A DNA stretch of 64,000 nt from Kudoa neothunni (taxonomy: Eukaryota > Animalia > Cnidaria): NCBI GenBank assembly GCA_964304625.1, contig OZ199839.1, positions 201,970 through 265,969 on the forward strand. The letters run 5' to 3'. The notes beneath the pieces are model-generated. The model ran no database searches. It worked only from the letters and a program-made list of their open reading frames with translations, and was not told the origin of the DNA. Of the stretch, positions 39,121 to 52,128 are shown piece after piece; the stretch's first letter is position 1; every line of letters starts with the position of its first letter. The position numbers were made by a program, and so were the translations under genes.

Positions 39121-41420
39121 ATTAAGGCTTTTAACCCTAGGCTCCACGAGCCCATTTCCGAATAAGACTGGCTTTACATTCGTCAATTTTAATCATTTTT
39201 ACCCTTGATTTCACGTAAATTCATAAAAAGTTGTTTTCTATCATTTTATATCATATCTGATTTTTTTCTCTATATTAAACTGTTTGAGATACACATGAGC
39301 TTATTATTAAGTAAACAAATAACAAACTTGGCCATTTTTAATCCCAGATATTTACTGGATTCTCCCAGCACATCGTATTGTCCATCAATAATGACTTCTT
39401 GTGATGCAGAAAGTATATCCTAAATTGAAATTGAAAAGTTAGTGCAGATAGAAAGGGAGCCTGAATTTTTTAATCCTAAATTATTGAGTAATTTCAATTT
39501 TGAAGGATTTTACATTATATTTCTGTATATAGATGATAGTGACATTACAAACGAACTCATCCTAATGGATGAAAATAGTATAAGTTCCACTTCTTATACT
39601 TCAAAAGACAAATCTTTAATCTGATCTCCAAAACCCTACCTGGACGAATTGCCAATCAAGATATTATCAATAATGACCTAGAGGAGGGAAAACCTATTGA
39701 AACATTGAACACAACAACAATATTGAGATCATTTTCGCATTTTATAAGAGAAGAGATGCTCGAAGAATTTTTATCGTTCACAAGCCGTAAAGGTTTTGAA
39801 AAATATAATGATTCATGGAAACGCCTAGATTGCATCTAATTAAAGCTTTTGTAGGATTGTTGTTATTGGCTGGTGCCTATAAATCAAACCTAGAGTGTAC
39901 CAGGATTCTGAGGCATGAAATTCACGGAAGACCATTATTTCGCGCCACTATGAATGAAATGAGATTTCAAAAAATCTTAAATCGCTTGTGCTTTGGTGAA
40001 TATTGGAAGCGTAAAAAGCTCCCAAATTCAGCTGATTAATTTTCCTCATCAATAAACTGTCTGGAAATTTTTCTGAAATCTGTAGGAATAATTACATCCT
40101 TGGACCTAATATGACCGTAGATGAACAACTATATCCGTTCAGAGGGCTTGTATCATTTCTTGTTTACATGCCAAAAAACCATCCAAATATGGGTTAAAAT
40201 TTTTGGTCGTATGTGATGGTCAAACACGTTACGTAGCCAATGTTTTACCTTACTTGGGTAAAATTGATGAGTGCGCCGTCAAACAAATCTAAGTTTAAAA
40301 TAGTCATTGACTTGACTCAACATTTGTTGGATGCGGGAAGAACTATTACATGCGATAATTATTTCAATTCCTGGAAATTAGCCCTATATCTACGATATCT
40401 ACGAGAAAGAAAAACGTCCATTCTTGGCGCGGTGCGCAAATGTCGAACATTTATTCCACCTGAATTTTAACCAAATAACTCTCGGAAGATATTTTCATCC
40501 TTATTTGGTTTCTATAAGTCATTTATCCTAATTTCTTACTTACAGAGGAAAAACAAGACTGTAATAATTCTTTCTTCGGAGCATCGTATTCCAAATATTA
40601 GTTCAGAGTATCATCGTAAACCAAAAGCAATCTTGGATTATAATGTACAGAAATGTGGTGTTGACACTTTGGATCAATGTATTTCCACGTACATATGTAA
40701 AAGAAAATGTAGAGGGTGGCCGTTCGCTGTATTTTGTCAAATACTTGATATAGCTGCGTTCAATGCGTTGGTTGTCTTTATTCACGGAAATCCCAATTAC
40801 TGTGATACAAACGAGTCAAATCGTCGCCAACAATTTCTCATGGATTCGTCCACGTCATTAATTAAGCCCGAGCAGGAAATGCGATATAAAATTGCATTTG
40901 TTTCTAGCCAGACTGTTATTAAAAGAACAATGGAAATAGTTGGTTTCGAATTTACAAAAAAAGTAATCCTCCAGTAGAAAACCAAGAAAATAATCAAAGA
41001 AAAACATTATTTGTTTGAACTGTGACTCACAACAAAAATAATTTAAACAAATTTTTTGCCTATTGTTTTTTATTGAACGTTATGTGAATGTTTATAGCGG
41101 TTGGAACATAAAGTATAAATGAATTTAAAATAAATAATTATTAATTTTTCTGTCTTAATAGAAATGCTGTTTAGAATACAAATAAATTGAAGCTGCCATC
41201 GAATAAATACATTTTAATATTCCGAAGCAATATAATAATTCTTTTTAAGTTTTTTTGCTACGCGTAATAGTATAGTTTATCTTAATACCTTTTTATTCTG
41301 TTTTGTTTATATATCATATATAATGTGACTTTCTAATAGTAGAGTAGTTAATATAAGATTGAATTATAATACTACATTCAACGTAAGTTAATCCCTGGGC
41401 TCCAGGAGCCCAGTTTAGTG
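39121..41420 (+). mobile_element. piggyBac family A element with a transposase pseudogene (about 39340-41030)
   Basis: PLFRATM, NMTVDEQLYPFRG, SKYGLK, ITCDNYFNS, DYNVQKCGVDTLDQ and GWP motifs with stops and frameshifts. GGCTCC-GAGCCC terminal motifs at both ends. Confidence 0.9.
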
Positions 41421-41421
41421 T

Positions 41422-41610
41422 TTAACCTTCCGAATGCTTTTGGAGTCTATTAGACCACAAGTCATATTAAAGATTAGTTTTGATCCTCTTCCAATTATCT
41501 AAATTTTCTAAAACTTGGTCTATTCTTATAAAATTTCTTACATTGTGTACCTGCCAAATAAATGCTGAGTTATCATTAATGAATGAAAAATAAAATAAAA
41601 AACATTTATT
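41422..41610. mobile_element. Terminal fragment of piggyBac family B
   Basis: Reverse-complement match to 58770-58957, starting TTAACCTTCCGAATGC. Confidence 0.75.
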
Positions 41611-41859
41611 TACAGAGATTTTAGTGTTTGAGTACGAATTTTGGTCAGAACCAAAAAAGTGCCGCGTTCAATTGAGAAACCGTATGCATTGGAAGTCACA
41701 TGATGTAATAATATTATTGCCAGCGCTAATCTGCATACAAAAGTTTTCTCTACCAATTCACCACTTTGAGCACATGCAGAGCGCTTCGATATATTTTTGT
41801 AGTTAATTTTGTATTTTTTAAAGTATATTAAAATAATCATTAAGTAGAAAAGTCTGTAT

Positions 41860-41931
41860 AAGAATATGAATTCACGAACACACACACTGAAAGACACACG
41901 GACACTACGGCTTTATATATTAGGAAGGAAT
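41860..41931 (-). mobile_element. Helitron-like 5' end
   Basis: TCCTTCCTAATATATAAAGCCGTAGTGTC, matching 46950-47030. Confidence 0.6.
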
Positions 41932-42400
41932 AAAAGAGAACTGTCGGTACGTGTGTTTCCTAAGTACGAAAATGTGTCAATTTTTTCATTATTGAGGTAC
42001 ATTTATGAAACGTTAAATGATTTGTAATGTGGGGGAAAATCTATAATTTGTTATTCTACTATCAAAAATTGAAAAAGCAGTCTGAAAATATTGATCTTAT
42101 CGGTTTCAAGTTTGTTAAATGGATGACACAATTTCGAAAATAGGATTGAAAACTGTTGATTTCGGAGTTACAGTCGGTTAAAATTAACATTTTTCTTATA
42201 TGCTTCAATATATCGTTAATTTAACAACTTTTTCTATTTCATTATATAAATAATGGTAATGCCCATTGTTAGTTTGTGTAAACACACTCCTTGTATTGGG
42301 ACTTGAATATAATTGACTTACTAAGTAAATTATCAAAGTTCTATAGACGGTTTAAATAACATAGAAAGATGTAAATTCGATAAATTAATGACGAATTGGT
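41932..42400 (+). mobile_element. Diverged copy of the 4345-4853 Helitron-like repeat
   Basis: Shared blocks CTGTCGGTA, CCTAAGTACG, GTCGGTT and TAAACACACTCCTT in the same order. Confidence 0.6.
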
Positions 42401-43668
42401 AGCGTATGTTATAATCTGATAGATTAAGGCCTTTTATATTGGGACTGGATCATCAAATTTCGTTGAATCGTCCTTTAAATTTAACTTTGAGCAAATAGAT
42501 TTAAGGTATACGTTAAAATTATATTTTGTATAATTTTTCAAAATATTTTTGTTGATATTGAGGGTCTACTCAGCAGTTTTCATTGAAGAGTGTATAAAAG
42601 TATGTCGGATAAAGGAATATTAATTTGAGCAGTACAAATTAATCGCCACAAGTCATACTCGAATTATGCTGTTCTTGCTATTTTTACGATCTCCCTAGAA
42701 TGATCTTAATTTTAATTGTGCTTATCACAGTCGTTAAAGAGTGATATTAAAAAAAGTTTGTATAACTTCTTCTCTGAGTTAATTGAAATGATTCGTATAT
42801 TTTGTCAATCTTTAAACGTAATCTTCTATAATAAATTGTTCTGAATAACATACAAGGCTGGGAAGTTCCCGCTAGTTCGAAATATATATATATATATATA
42901 TGGGGTTTGTTGATAAAAAATTTTTTATTATTTGGCTAACGTTAAATTCTATTTAACATTTTTATCCTTAAATAAGATTATGCTTATAATTGAATTTTAC
43001 TGAAAAAAGTGTTGGTTCTAAACAAATGATATTCCATATTTTAGTTTAAATTATATTAAATCTAAAATTATTGTGATTTAAAATATTTATTAGAATTATG
43101 TTATTTATCTTATCTATAAATAATATTGTTTTCACGGTGCGAAAAATTAGTTTTAATAAATATATTTAAATAAACCACATATAATTAGCTTCGATAAGAT
43201 AGATAATATCGTTTATATGACAAAAAGTTTAGTTAGGGTACTATGATTTGTTGAATCCATTCAGTGGAATAAAGGTATTCATCTCTCATTGAAGGTATAG
43301 TAAAGTTATTAAGACAAAGATAAACATTTTTTATCGAAATAAATTGAAAAAATAAGTAAATAATGTAATAAGATTAAACATATTGAGTGATATCAATAGT
43401 CAAGGATGATTATTCCACGTTGTTCGGCGACAACGCTAGGTTCCATTAAGTTTGGACGTACTTCGTTCTATACTTGCAGGTGTTGAAGTGTCTGTCTATC
43501 ACCGAATTGAATTATATTAGCGAAAAATGACTGCAAACGACAATTTATAAGTTTCTAACTGAGTTATAATTATGATGAAATTTGATAATGTGTAATTATA
43601 TTCATTATATTAGTTTTAACAATCGATTCAATTCTAATTATAATTATTCGAAAGTTTACGAAACCAAA

Positions 43669-45640
43669 ATGATTACATTACAACTAGTGTTACTATTTTC
43701 AAGTAATAATTGTATATTTCATTGTAATTATTTGGTTAAAATCAATAGTAAGATGCTTCGCATACATTAATTCCGGCTTTTTGGATGATTCGTTTCGAAA
43801 TGATCAAAACCTCAAACTAAATGGTGACAGAGATTATGTTACAATTCATAAAATCAAGTGTACGTATAATCAAAATATGCCCTTTAATCAATATAAGGAA
43901 GATAAATACAATTATGATACAGAGGAGAATAAAATTTGTGATATCATCAATTTACGCATACTAACAGAGAAAAAGCTGATCAAACCTGAAACCGTTTTTC
44001 CGAAAGAAATAAGTTTCTTCTCGCAAATGACCTCAACCTTTAAATTCTTGAAAAAGTCACAGTTTGTCACTGAAAATTTCCCAGTTACCAAAAATGTATT
44101 AAACAGTTATTATAATCAACTTGATCAATTAATGTCGGAAGTTTCTCTTTCCAAAACCGCTTTGAACAAATTGAAAAATGATAACAAAAATTTAATGAAA
44201 AGAGTAAGTAATGCTATTGTGGCTGCATATGATTTGAGGGATAAAAAACAAGAATTGAAAAGATATTTTGAATCAATCAAAAAATCGATAGAATTTTGTA
44301 AAGGCGAACATAAAACTGACTATCTTGGTTATAGAAATATTGTTAGCAGTTTTAATTTAAAAAACAAACTCGACGGATTGTTTAATGAGATGACTCGTAT
44401 TATAAGAAATATTCACAATGTCTGTGATGAAACAAAAAGTGTTCCTCGAGCGGATCCTGTAATTTCCGAGACGTATTCAAAATTTGTTGAGATAGTTAAC
44501 AAACTGAATAATATTCGCAGTGGTGTGCAACAAAATATTGAAGAGTTGAAAAAGAAAATCCGAATGTATGAAACATGGAAAAATGAAATTACGGGAGTTC
44601 AAATATTGAGATTCAATGATGAAATGAATAGAATAAGGAATTACATTGGGGTTGTTGATAATTTACATGCTACGGTTGAAAGGGAAACTAGCACAATTCA
44701 AGGACTAATTTCCAATGTGTCTCAACAACTTGTTCAATTTCCTTCGGAAAGTCGAGGGGTGCTCGAAATAACTATCACCCTATTGAATAAACATTTAAGC
44801 GACCAACAGAATGTGAAAAGCCGTACCAACAATATAAAACAACTAGTTGAACAGTTGGATAATCCCATTACAGAGATCAAATCAAAGCGTGCCGAAATTC
44901 TTAACCAAATAAATGTTTCTATCGAAAACATGAAATTAGCCGTTGAAGTGCTTGAAGTTATCAGAGACATAGAAAACAAACTCTCTCTTACATATGAGCA
45001 TCACAGTTTAGTGAAGTTGAGAGCTTACAATAGATCTCCCGGGGATTATTCAGCCGATGCCGATGCAGAAAGTATTACCAAGTATGTGGAGCTTTTCAAA
45101 CAAAAGAAGAATCTAATTGAACAAACATTAATTGATACCCATAGCCACCATATGGATGTCAATACATATTATAATCATTTGATAGACAATGGCAAAAAAT
45201 TGGAGGAGCAATTCAACTCACATAAATCTAAATCAATCCCTGAACTAAACGTTGTTAAAGATATTCCAAAACTAGAAGCTGTTCCAGATCTGTTCACAGA
45301 CGACGACGGAGATGTAACGGGAGAAGAGCCAAACACTGAGGAAGGATTAACACCCCCAGAAGGAAACAATCCTAAATATACTATACCTAAGAAAAAGAAT
45401 GCAGACCCTCAAAATTCGGTCCCAATAAAAGAAACTAATCAGAGGGAAATTTCTGATTACAATCAATCCTCTGTAACTCCAACAATACAATTGAATAATG
45501 GAAAGAGTCAAACCAATGTAACTGCGTTGTCTAGTGTGATTGTGGTGGTAATAATAGCCTTGGTTGCTGGAGGTTTCGTTTACCACAGATCGTGGAGAAG
45601 ATCCCGTGTCTTCATGAAACATCCAAATGATTTGGCCTAA
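43669..45640 (+). CDS. Orphan type-I membrane protein (signal peptide, long coiled coil, P/T/E-rich stalk, TM, short tail), about 641 aa
   Basis: Exon 43669-43702 plus intron 43703-43748 gives MITLQLVLLFSIRCFA in frame with the 619-aa ORF. C-terminal TM SSVIVVVIIALVAGGFVY is followed by basic HRSWRRSR. Confidence 0.82.
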
Positions 45641-46173
45641 TTTTGGTTATAGTTTAATTTAATAATATTACTTTTGGTTTAGCAATTATTTATTTTTATT
45701 TTTTTCAAATGTTTTTTATTGCATAAAAATATTATAAATACTCGAAACTTATTAATATATGGATGCGAATTTTTATTATTTCTAAAACGGTCTAGTAAGT
45801 TTAAAATCATCATCATTTTTTTCCCAACAAAAATTTAATTATATATATTATGTGATTTTTAATGTCAGATAATGGGACTCATTAACACAAATAAGAAATT
45901 ACCTTTTAAGGGCATAAATTACTAGATAAAAATTATGATCAAAATAATAATAAAAACAGATCAAATATTTGTTTGATACATTAACTGAATATTAGAATAT
46001 ACATTTAACAATTATTTTAAATATACTTAACAATTATATGTCATCAAATTATTTTTAGAATATGCAGATTAATTTGTTAGCGTAGACATATTTTTTATAA
46101 TTTCATCTGTAAAAGATGTGTTTAATATTTGTTCATTTTAACAATATTAAGGCGAACACATAATATACTAGAT

Positions 46174-46512
46174 CAGGGGTTGGCAACCTTTTTGAGTGAC
46201 GGGCCGAACAGACATACCCTAACCCTAATGTGGACCGTATTAAAGTAATCTACCGAACTTTTAAATTATTCATAATCCAAATATTGGATTTAATTGTAAA
46301 AATAAGAATTTATAAAAGTCATTTAAATAATAAAATTACGTCAAATCAAAAGTATTAAATTCAAATAATTTTCCCTTGAGGTGTGATAAACTCGCGCTAA
46401 ACTTATGAATGAATAATTTATTGGACTAGATCAAATAACTTAACATGTACCTATATGCCTTTTTAAAAATACTTTATACTTTTATCGAAATAAGTTTAAC
46501 GTTATTTTGGCA

Positions 46513-46543
<31 letters not shown>

Positions 46544-46720
46544 CGGCTTTCTTGTTTAATGAAAATGAATTTTATTCGGCTAAATTGCTTACATCGATAA
46601 CATATATACATATGGAAAAACGATCTAGATAACAACTTAATAAATATTTGGGTATTTTAGATATTAAGAAAAATTTTTACGTCAGTCAATGAATCGAGGG
46701 CCGTAGGTTGCCGAACCCTA
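46174..46720. mobile_element. hAT (Buster/Charlie) MITE
   Basis: CAGGGGTTGGCAACCT...AGGTTGCCGAACCCTA with a perfect TSD TACTAGAT. Inverted relative to 35856-36362. Confidence 0.9.
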
Positions 46721-46749
46721 TACTAGATGATACTAATGAATACGCAATA

Positions 46750-46920
46750 TTAACCCTTAACCGATAGCATTGGGCTCCACGAGCCCAAAAATGTGATAAA
46801 ATTCGAAAAATTCCATTGTTGAGTGGAGTTTTTATTGAAATTTCACGTAAATTCCTAAAATCGGTTTATTTATGTTCCTGAAAATTTTTTAACAAGTTAT
46901 TTTTTATTTTTAAACCATAT
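46750..46920 (+). mobile_element. Left end of a piggyBac family A-like element
   Basis: TTAACCCTTAACCG...GGGCTCCACGAGCCCA and ATTTCACGTAAATTC, shared with 39121-39240. Confidence 0.65.
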
Positions 46921-46939
46921 TCAAGTCATAATTTATTAA

Positions 46940-47030
46940 TCTATATATATCCTTCCTAATATATAAAGCCGTAGTGTCTGTGTGTCTGTCTTTCAGTGTG
47001 TATGTTCGCTAATTCATAATCTTTTATAGC
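46940..47030 (+). mobile_element. Helitron-like 5' end
   Basis: Matches 41860-41931 in inverted orientation; the 3' end was not identified. Confidence 0.55.
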
Positions 47031-48707
47031 AACGCTTCCCAATTCATTTTAGTTTCTGGACCCCTACCACTTACGAGAACTACTCCGCGCCCCTTCTCAA
47101 AAAAGGGATCTAAAATGGATTTATTTTTAGGTGGGTAAAATATTTTTATTGAAATAATATTAAAAAGACTAAAACCGCCTATTTTAACAAGGAAATGAAT
47201 GTGAATAAAATAAATAAAACTGACAATAAATTCATTGTTTTGAATTTTTTTTCTTGTCGTATTTGGACAATAATTGGGTCAAAATAGAACTCTTTATGAG
47301 ATAAAGTTATAACTAAATCGTAGTTTGTAAAGGTACAAGGTATTAATGTTTTTATGCAAAATAACAGATATGAATAGTTGAGCTTACGAGAAATTTTGGA
47401 CCTTGTAGTTTAATTATAAATTTAAAAATTTAATGAGGAAATTAAATATGGGATCCAATCTCGAGTGTACAATTTTAATTTATAGATTTTTTGAGTTCAA
47501 ATTGACTTTAATTTAAAGTATAAAAATTTAAATAACATAACCTTGACACTAATCAAAATTTAATTGTTAATTGCCATATAGTTTCGTTAAACATAATAAA
47601 TAATACAATTTTTAATAATTAATCAATTTAAAACCTTTTATATGTCGTTTATCTTTCCCATTAAAAAGTAAATACTTCAAAAATTTTTACGTTGTTCAAA
47701 TTAAAATTTAAACTAAATAATTTATTTACGAATGAAATAGGAATAAGTTATCATTTTTATTTCATATACTAGTAAATAATAAATAGTGGATTGAAAGAAT
47801 AAATTAATCTTCAGTAAAATTCATCATATGACTATTTATTTAACAGCCTTATTTCAGCTTCGTTTGGGAACGAATCATACATGATATATTGTCGAGAGAG
47901 ATTCTGAATATTTGGAATCGATACATTATGTACAAAGCATGCTCAGCCGTCCAATTTTTTTGTTGACTCTACACGTGAGTTCCGGGCCGCCGGTAACTGT
48001 CTCGCGGACCCTCAATCGGGAAGCCCTGATTTATGTCAACAGGAGAATTTAAAAAAATAATTATTGTAATATACAATAATTGCCAATAAAATCTCTCATT
48101 TAATCTACTTATCTTTAATTGATTTATAAAAAATTTCGAACAAAATTAATTTATCCGAATTCTAAATCATGGAATCCTAAGTAAAGAGTAAGACTTAATC
48201 TTTAAAGCTCTCATCTCATAAAAATTTTTTGAAAAATTACTGCTATTAAATTAATAATATAATAATACCAGAATGAAACATCTTGTTTAGAACACTGAGT
48301 TGTAGACAATATTTCATATTTAACTTACGCGCACGCGCGAAAATGCTGGGAGTTTTTATTTACTTATCAGTATATAAATTTAAATTTGTCGTTTACTTAT
48401 CAGATCTAAAAAGTAAATACTCAATTTCGTAAATTCCCAACACAATAAAAAGGCGAATTAATAAAATGAACGCAATTAAATTTAAATTGGGTGGATCTAT
48501 TTCCCACTTAAACTCCACTTCAAACGTAAGCAGTTATAATATCTCTAGTGAAATAACAAGATATAAAAAAGGCGCTAGATTTATTTTATGTAATCCCACA
48601 CATTTCGTAACGGATATCGATTGAGCGCGACAATCTTTGGTGAAACGTTAAGGGTATTGAGGTTGTTGTGACAATTTCTAATAGATCATTATTGATTAGA
48701 ATTAAAA

Positions 48708-49397
48708 ATGTCTTCTGACAGTATCGATGAAAACGATTTTCAATTGAATATACCTACCATACATAGTGGTTCAAAATCACCTCACAAAAGCAGAAAAAAC
48801 AACCAAAGTGCTTCATCTAGTCCTTATAATGGAAGCAATAGTGATTCGGCTGACGAGAAAGATTTTCAACGATCCTCAAGTGATTCTATGAGCGAGTTTT
48901 CGGATGACGAAGAATTCAAACAACCCAAGAAAGGTCGAGGAAGGGGGAAACCCAAAGCTTCACAGTCAGCTGCACCAGCTACAAAGAAAGTTGCTGCAAA
49001 AAAGGCTCCAGCCAAGAAACAAACGACAGCAGCAACCAAAGTTACCAAACCTACAATTGCTAATATAACTCCTGTTAGGAATGTGCGAAGAAATGTAGCT
49101 TCAAAATGTTTTGACCATAGATGTTTCATATTTCACTTAGACTCAATCATATAACGGCTCAGATTGCCCAACGTCGATTCATAAGCCACTTCATGAGACT
49201 TTGAAGCTGTATTCTCCGAAGGTGGGGCTTTCAAGAAGAGGTATTATCTACGTGCCTTATAGCTGCATGGCTAATAATAATTTGATCCGATAGTTTCGAC
49301 TGAGGGAGAAACGGGATCGCTGTTATTGAGTGGAAGATTACGTCAAGGATTGTCAAAATTATCCAAGCCGAGGGAGTCCTTACATAAACCAACCTAA
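48708..49397 (+). CDS. RAD51AP1-like disordered chromatin protein (exons 48708-49094, 49141-49240, 49294-49397)
   Basis: Acidic, Ser-rich then Lys/Ala-rich region with KKGRGRGKPK. The spliced C-terminus GRLRQGLSKLSKPRESLH resembles the RAD51AP1 motif LRLGLSRLARVKPLH. Confidence 0.6.
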
Positions 49398-49555
49398 TTA
49401 CAACCTATAACTACATCAATCATTAGGATTGGATTGAAGGAATTTATATATTTTTGATTTGAGACTTTTTTGTAACTTGCCGCGATTAAAACAACTGCAT
49501 AATGACTAATATAAAAACTAAGTATAGTTTTTGGCGTGTCAATTAAACAACTAAA

Positions 49556-50489
49556 CTAACTATGTATGGACAACACTATAAGGTATTGAGCGAGGTAATA
49601 GGTGATCATGACGGCCTGGTTGGAATAATGGAAACCTTCAGAGAACATCGAGATGCCAAGTATGGCGTCTGAAATGAAGAACAGGGTTGCTCCTAATTTG
49701 GCCCACATGTAGTATGAACGAGATGGCATTGAATAGCAGTTGTATAGAGTGATTAGAACCATGAAACAGTAGCAGTAGGCCGCCGTTTTAAGATAGGCTT
49801 CGCGTATTTTCCTAAATAGTAAAGTTAATTTAAATTTAGCCAATATATTGTATTGAGCTTGTTAAGCTTTAGAAATTAAATCTTTTAAAATGGTTATACT
49901 GTAAGTTATTGATGTTTCTTATCACCAACATACCTAATAACAAAGAAATAGGATGCCAATGATAGGGGAACAAAAATCAGGAGAATGGAACTCCGTGATA
50001 AATAAAATGTTTTCGATTGAGTGTAGAATGCATAAGCATAGAAACAATGCCCAATTCCAAACGAAATCATTCCCACTAAAAATCTACTCATCTTTTGCCT
50101 GCTATCCACAGCCAACAGTCCATCACCAATTACACAAAATATCAATGCAACTAAAATCCAATAGGAGAAATCAGTTCGGTAGGTTTTATCTAAAATGGAA
50201 TTAACTTATTGTAACAATGGATATGTGACGATACAAAATAATTTAGTATAGCTAATAAGCACCAAAATAGGAAGACATTTAACTAAAAGGTGAAAATAAG
50301 ATGTGGCCACATTGTTTATTGGTCGAAAGTTGAAAAACATGATGATCGCCAATAGAAACCCACATGAACATAACGTATGAGCAAAGTTCTATCGAAAGAA
50401 AGTCAATTCATGCATCCAATTAACCATATTACTCCTATATGTGAGGATGTAACTGGAAACAAAATTGATGGACTTAAGGCAAACCACAT
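49556..50489 (-). CDS. TMEM86: Lysoplasmalogenase (TMEM86/YhhN family), spliced
   Basis: IGDGLL, FLVGMISFGIGHCFY, GATLFFISDAILG and VMITYYLAQYLI are YhhN motifs. Start at 50489 is tentative. Confidence 0.85.
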
Positions 50490-52128
50490 CCTTTTCAAAA
50501 AATATTTATTCACTTAATAGCATTAGAACAGTAAGACTTATACTTTAATCCGAGTAGAATGCACCAGTAATTTTTTAACGGAGGAGCTAAAGATGTAAAA
50601 ATGTTATATGTTGTTTATTTGATCTCCATGGGTGCTTCCCAAAGTATGTAAATAACAATTTAATTAGAGCTTTTCTCAAAGAATAGTATCAACATGGCAA
50701 CCCTACGTAAAATAATGGTATTGTTTTTTTATTCGACTAAAGAGACAAAAATTGATAAACCTTTTTGAATTCTTAACATCGAAGATTCTCTCGCCCATAC
50801 ACACATATTTACATAGACACACCTCTTTAATCATCTTTAAATAATTTTAACAATTAAACAAGAAGTCTGCATCGTCTATTGTTTGCATTATTGAGTAATT
50901 ATTATTATTATTATTCTTATTATTGAATTTAACGAATAAAATAATGAAAAATATCTGTTATTTAAATAGATTTCGTAGTGTGGACTCATATGTGTATTTG
51001 ATTTTATAATTTTTATCTTTCATTTTTCATAAAACAGGATTCTAAATTTAATTATAGATTCGTTTGGAGATTTCTAAACAGATCTTTAAACTACTATTCT
51101 GTCATTCATTAATCTTTTTTTAGTTTGATTTAACCGGTAGTCGTATAAACTTCAGTTATCCCAACCAACTCGGGACGAAATCATTTCAAGCTGATTTCAA
51201 TCTATTGCAGAAATCTTGCACACCCATATTGACCAATCATATACCAGGTTATCCGCACTGATTTAAGGGCCAAGAATTAATAAATTTGAAAAATCCTTCA
51301 CATAATAACAAATTAATGGGCTGAACATCTGACTTAGTTAGTGTAATTTTCCCTCTAAAACTCGAAGATGAGGGTGATTTAATTTATCTCGAGTGGAAAG
51401 AAACCTGAGAAAAAATTAACATAAAAGTGAATAATCTCATAGAATAGGATTTGGGCTTGGCTTTTGAACATCCTTCGTCAAACATCGTATTGACGATGAC
51501 TGCACAATTCTACCCTCAAAACTCTCCTCAATTTATCAAAAAATTATTTCCGTGTTCATTTAAGATTAATTTATGTAATGAATTCATTGTTCGTCTTATC
51601 AAAGAAAAACCAGGACCATCACTTTTTCCAAACGAAAGGTTTTATTTTTTAACCTCTTCCTGCCCAATGTTCATTTAAAATTTAAATGAATTCGAAAAAA
51701 ATTTCACCTCCATGGAGTTCTATTTTAAATATTTTTTCAAAAAGAGTTTTAAAATGTTACACCGATGTTTATCTACTGAAAAAATAAAAATAATTTCAGC
51801 AAATTAAAAAATTTAAATACACACTACAAAAATTCGAATAGTTCTATTTAAAACAATAAAATTTATTTTTTTGCATAATCGTCATACATTTTATACTTAG
51901 TTTTGTTAAAATATAATTTTTCATAGTTTAAACGGTCCATATATACATTTGAAAAGTTGAGAAATTAAGTTAATCAAGTTACACAAGGATTTTTGTCGAG
52001 AATTTTCTAAAAATATCATTATTAATAATAATTTATAATTGTACAATAAACCTATCTCAAGATAAAAAATATATATACTAAAACACCATCTGATGTAAAA
52101 ATATTAAAAGTTTCAGTTATAAATATTT

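Noticed and set aside
51130-51700. Coding-like relic upstream of TMEM86
   Set aside because: Stops in the frames examined and no motif I can recognise.
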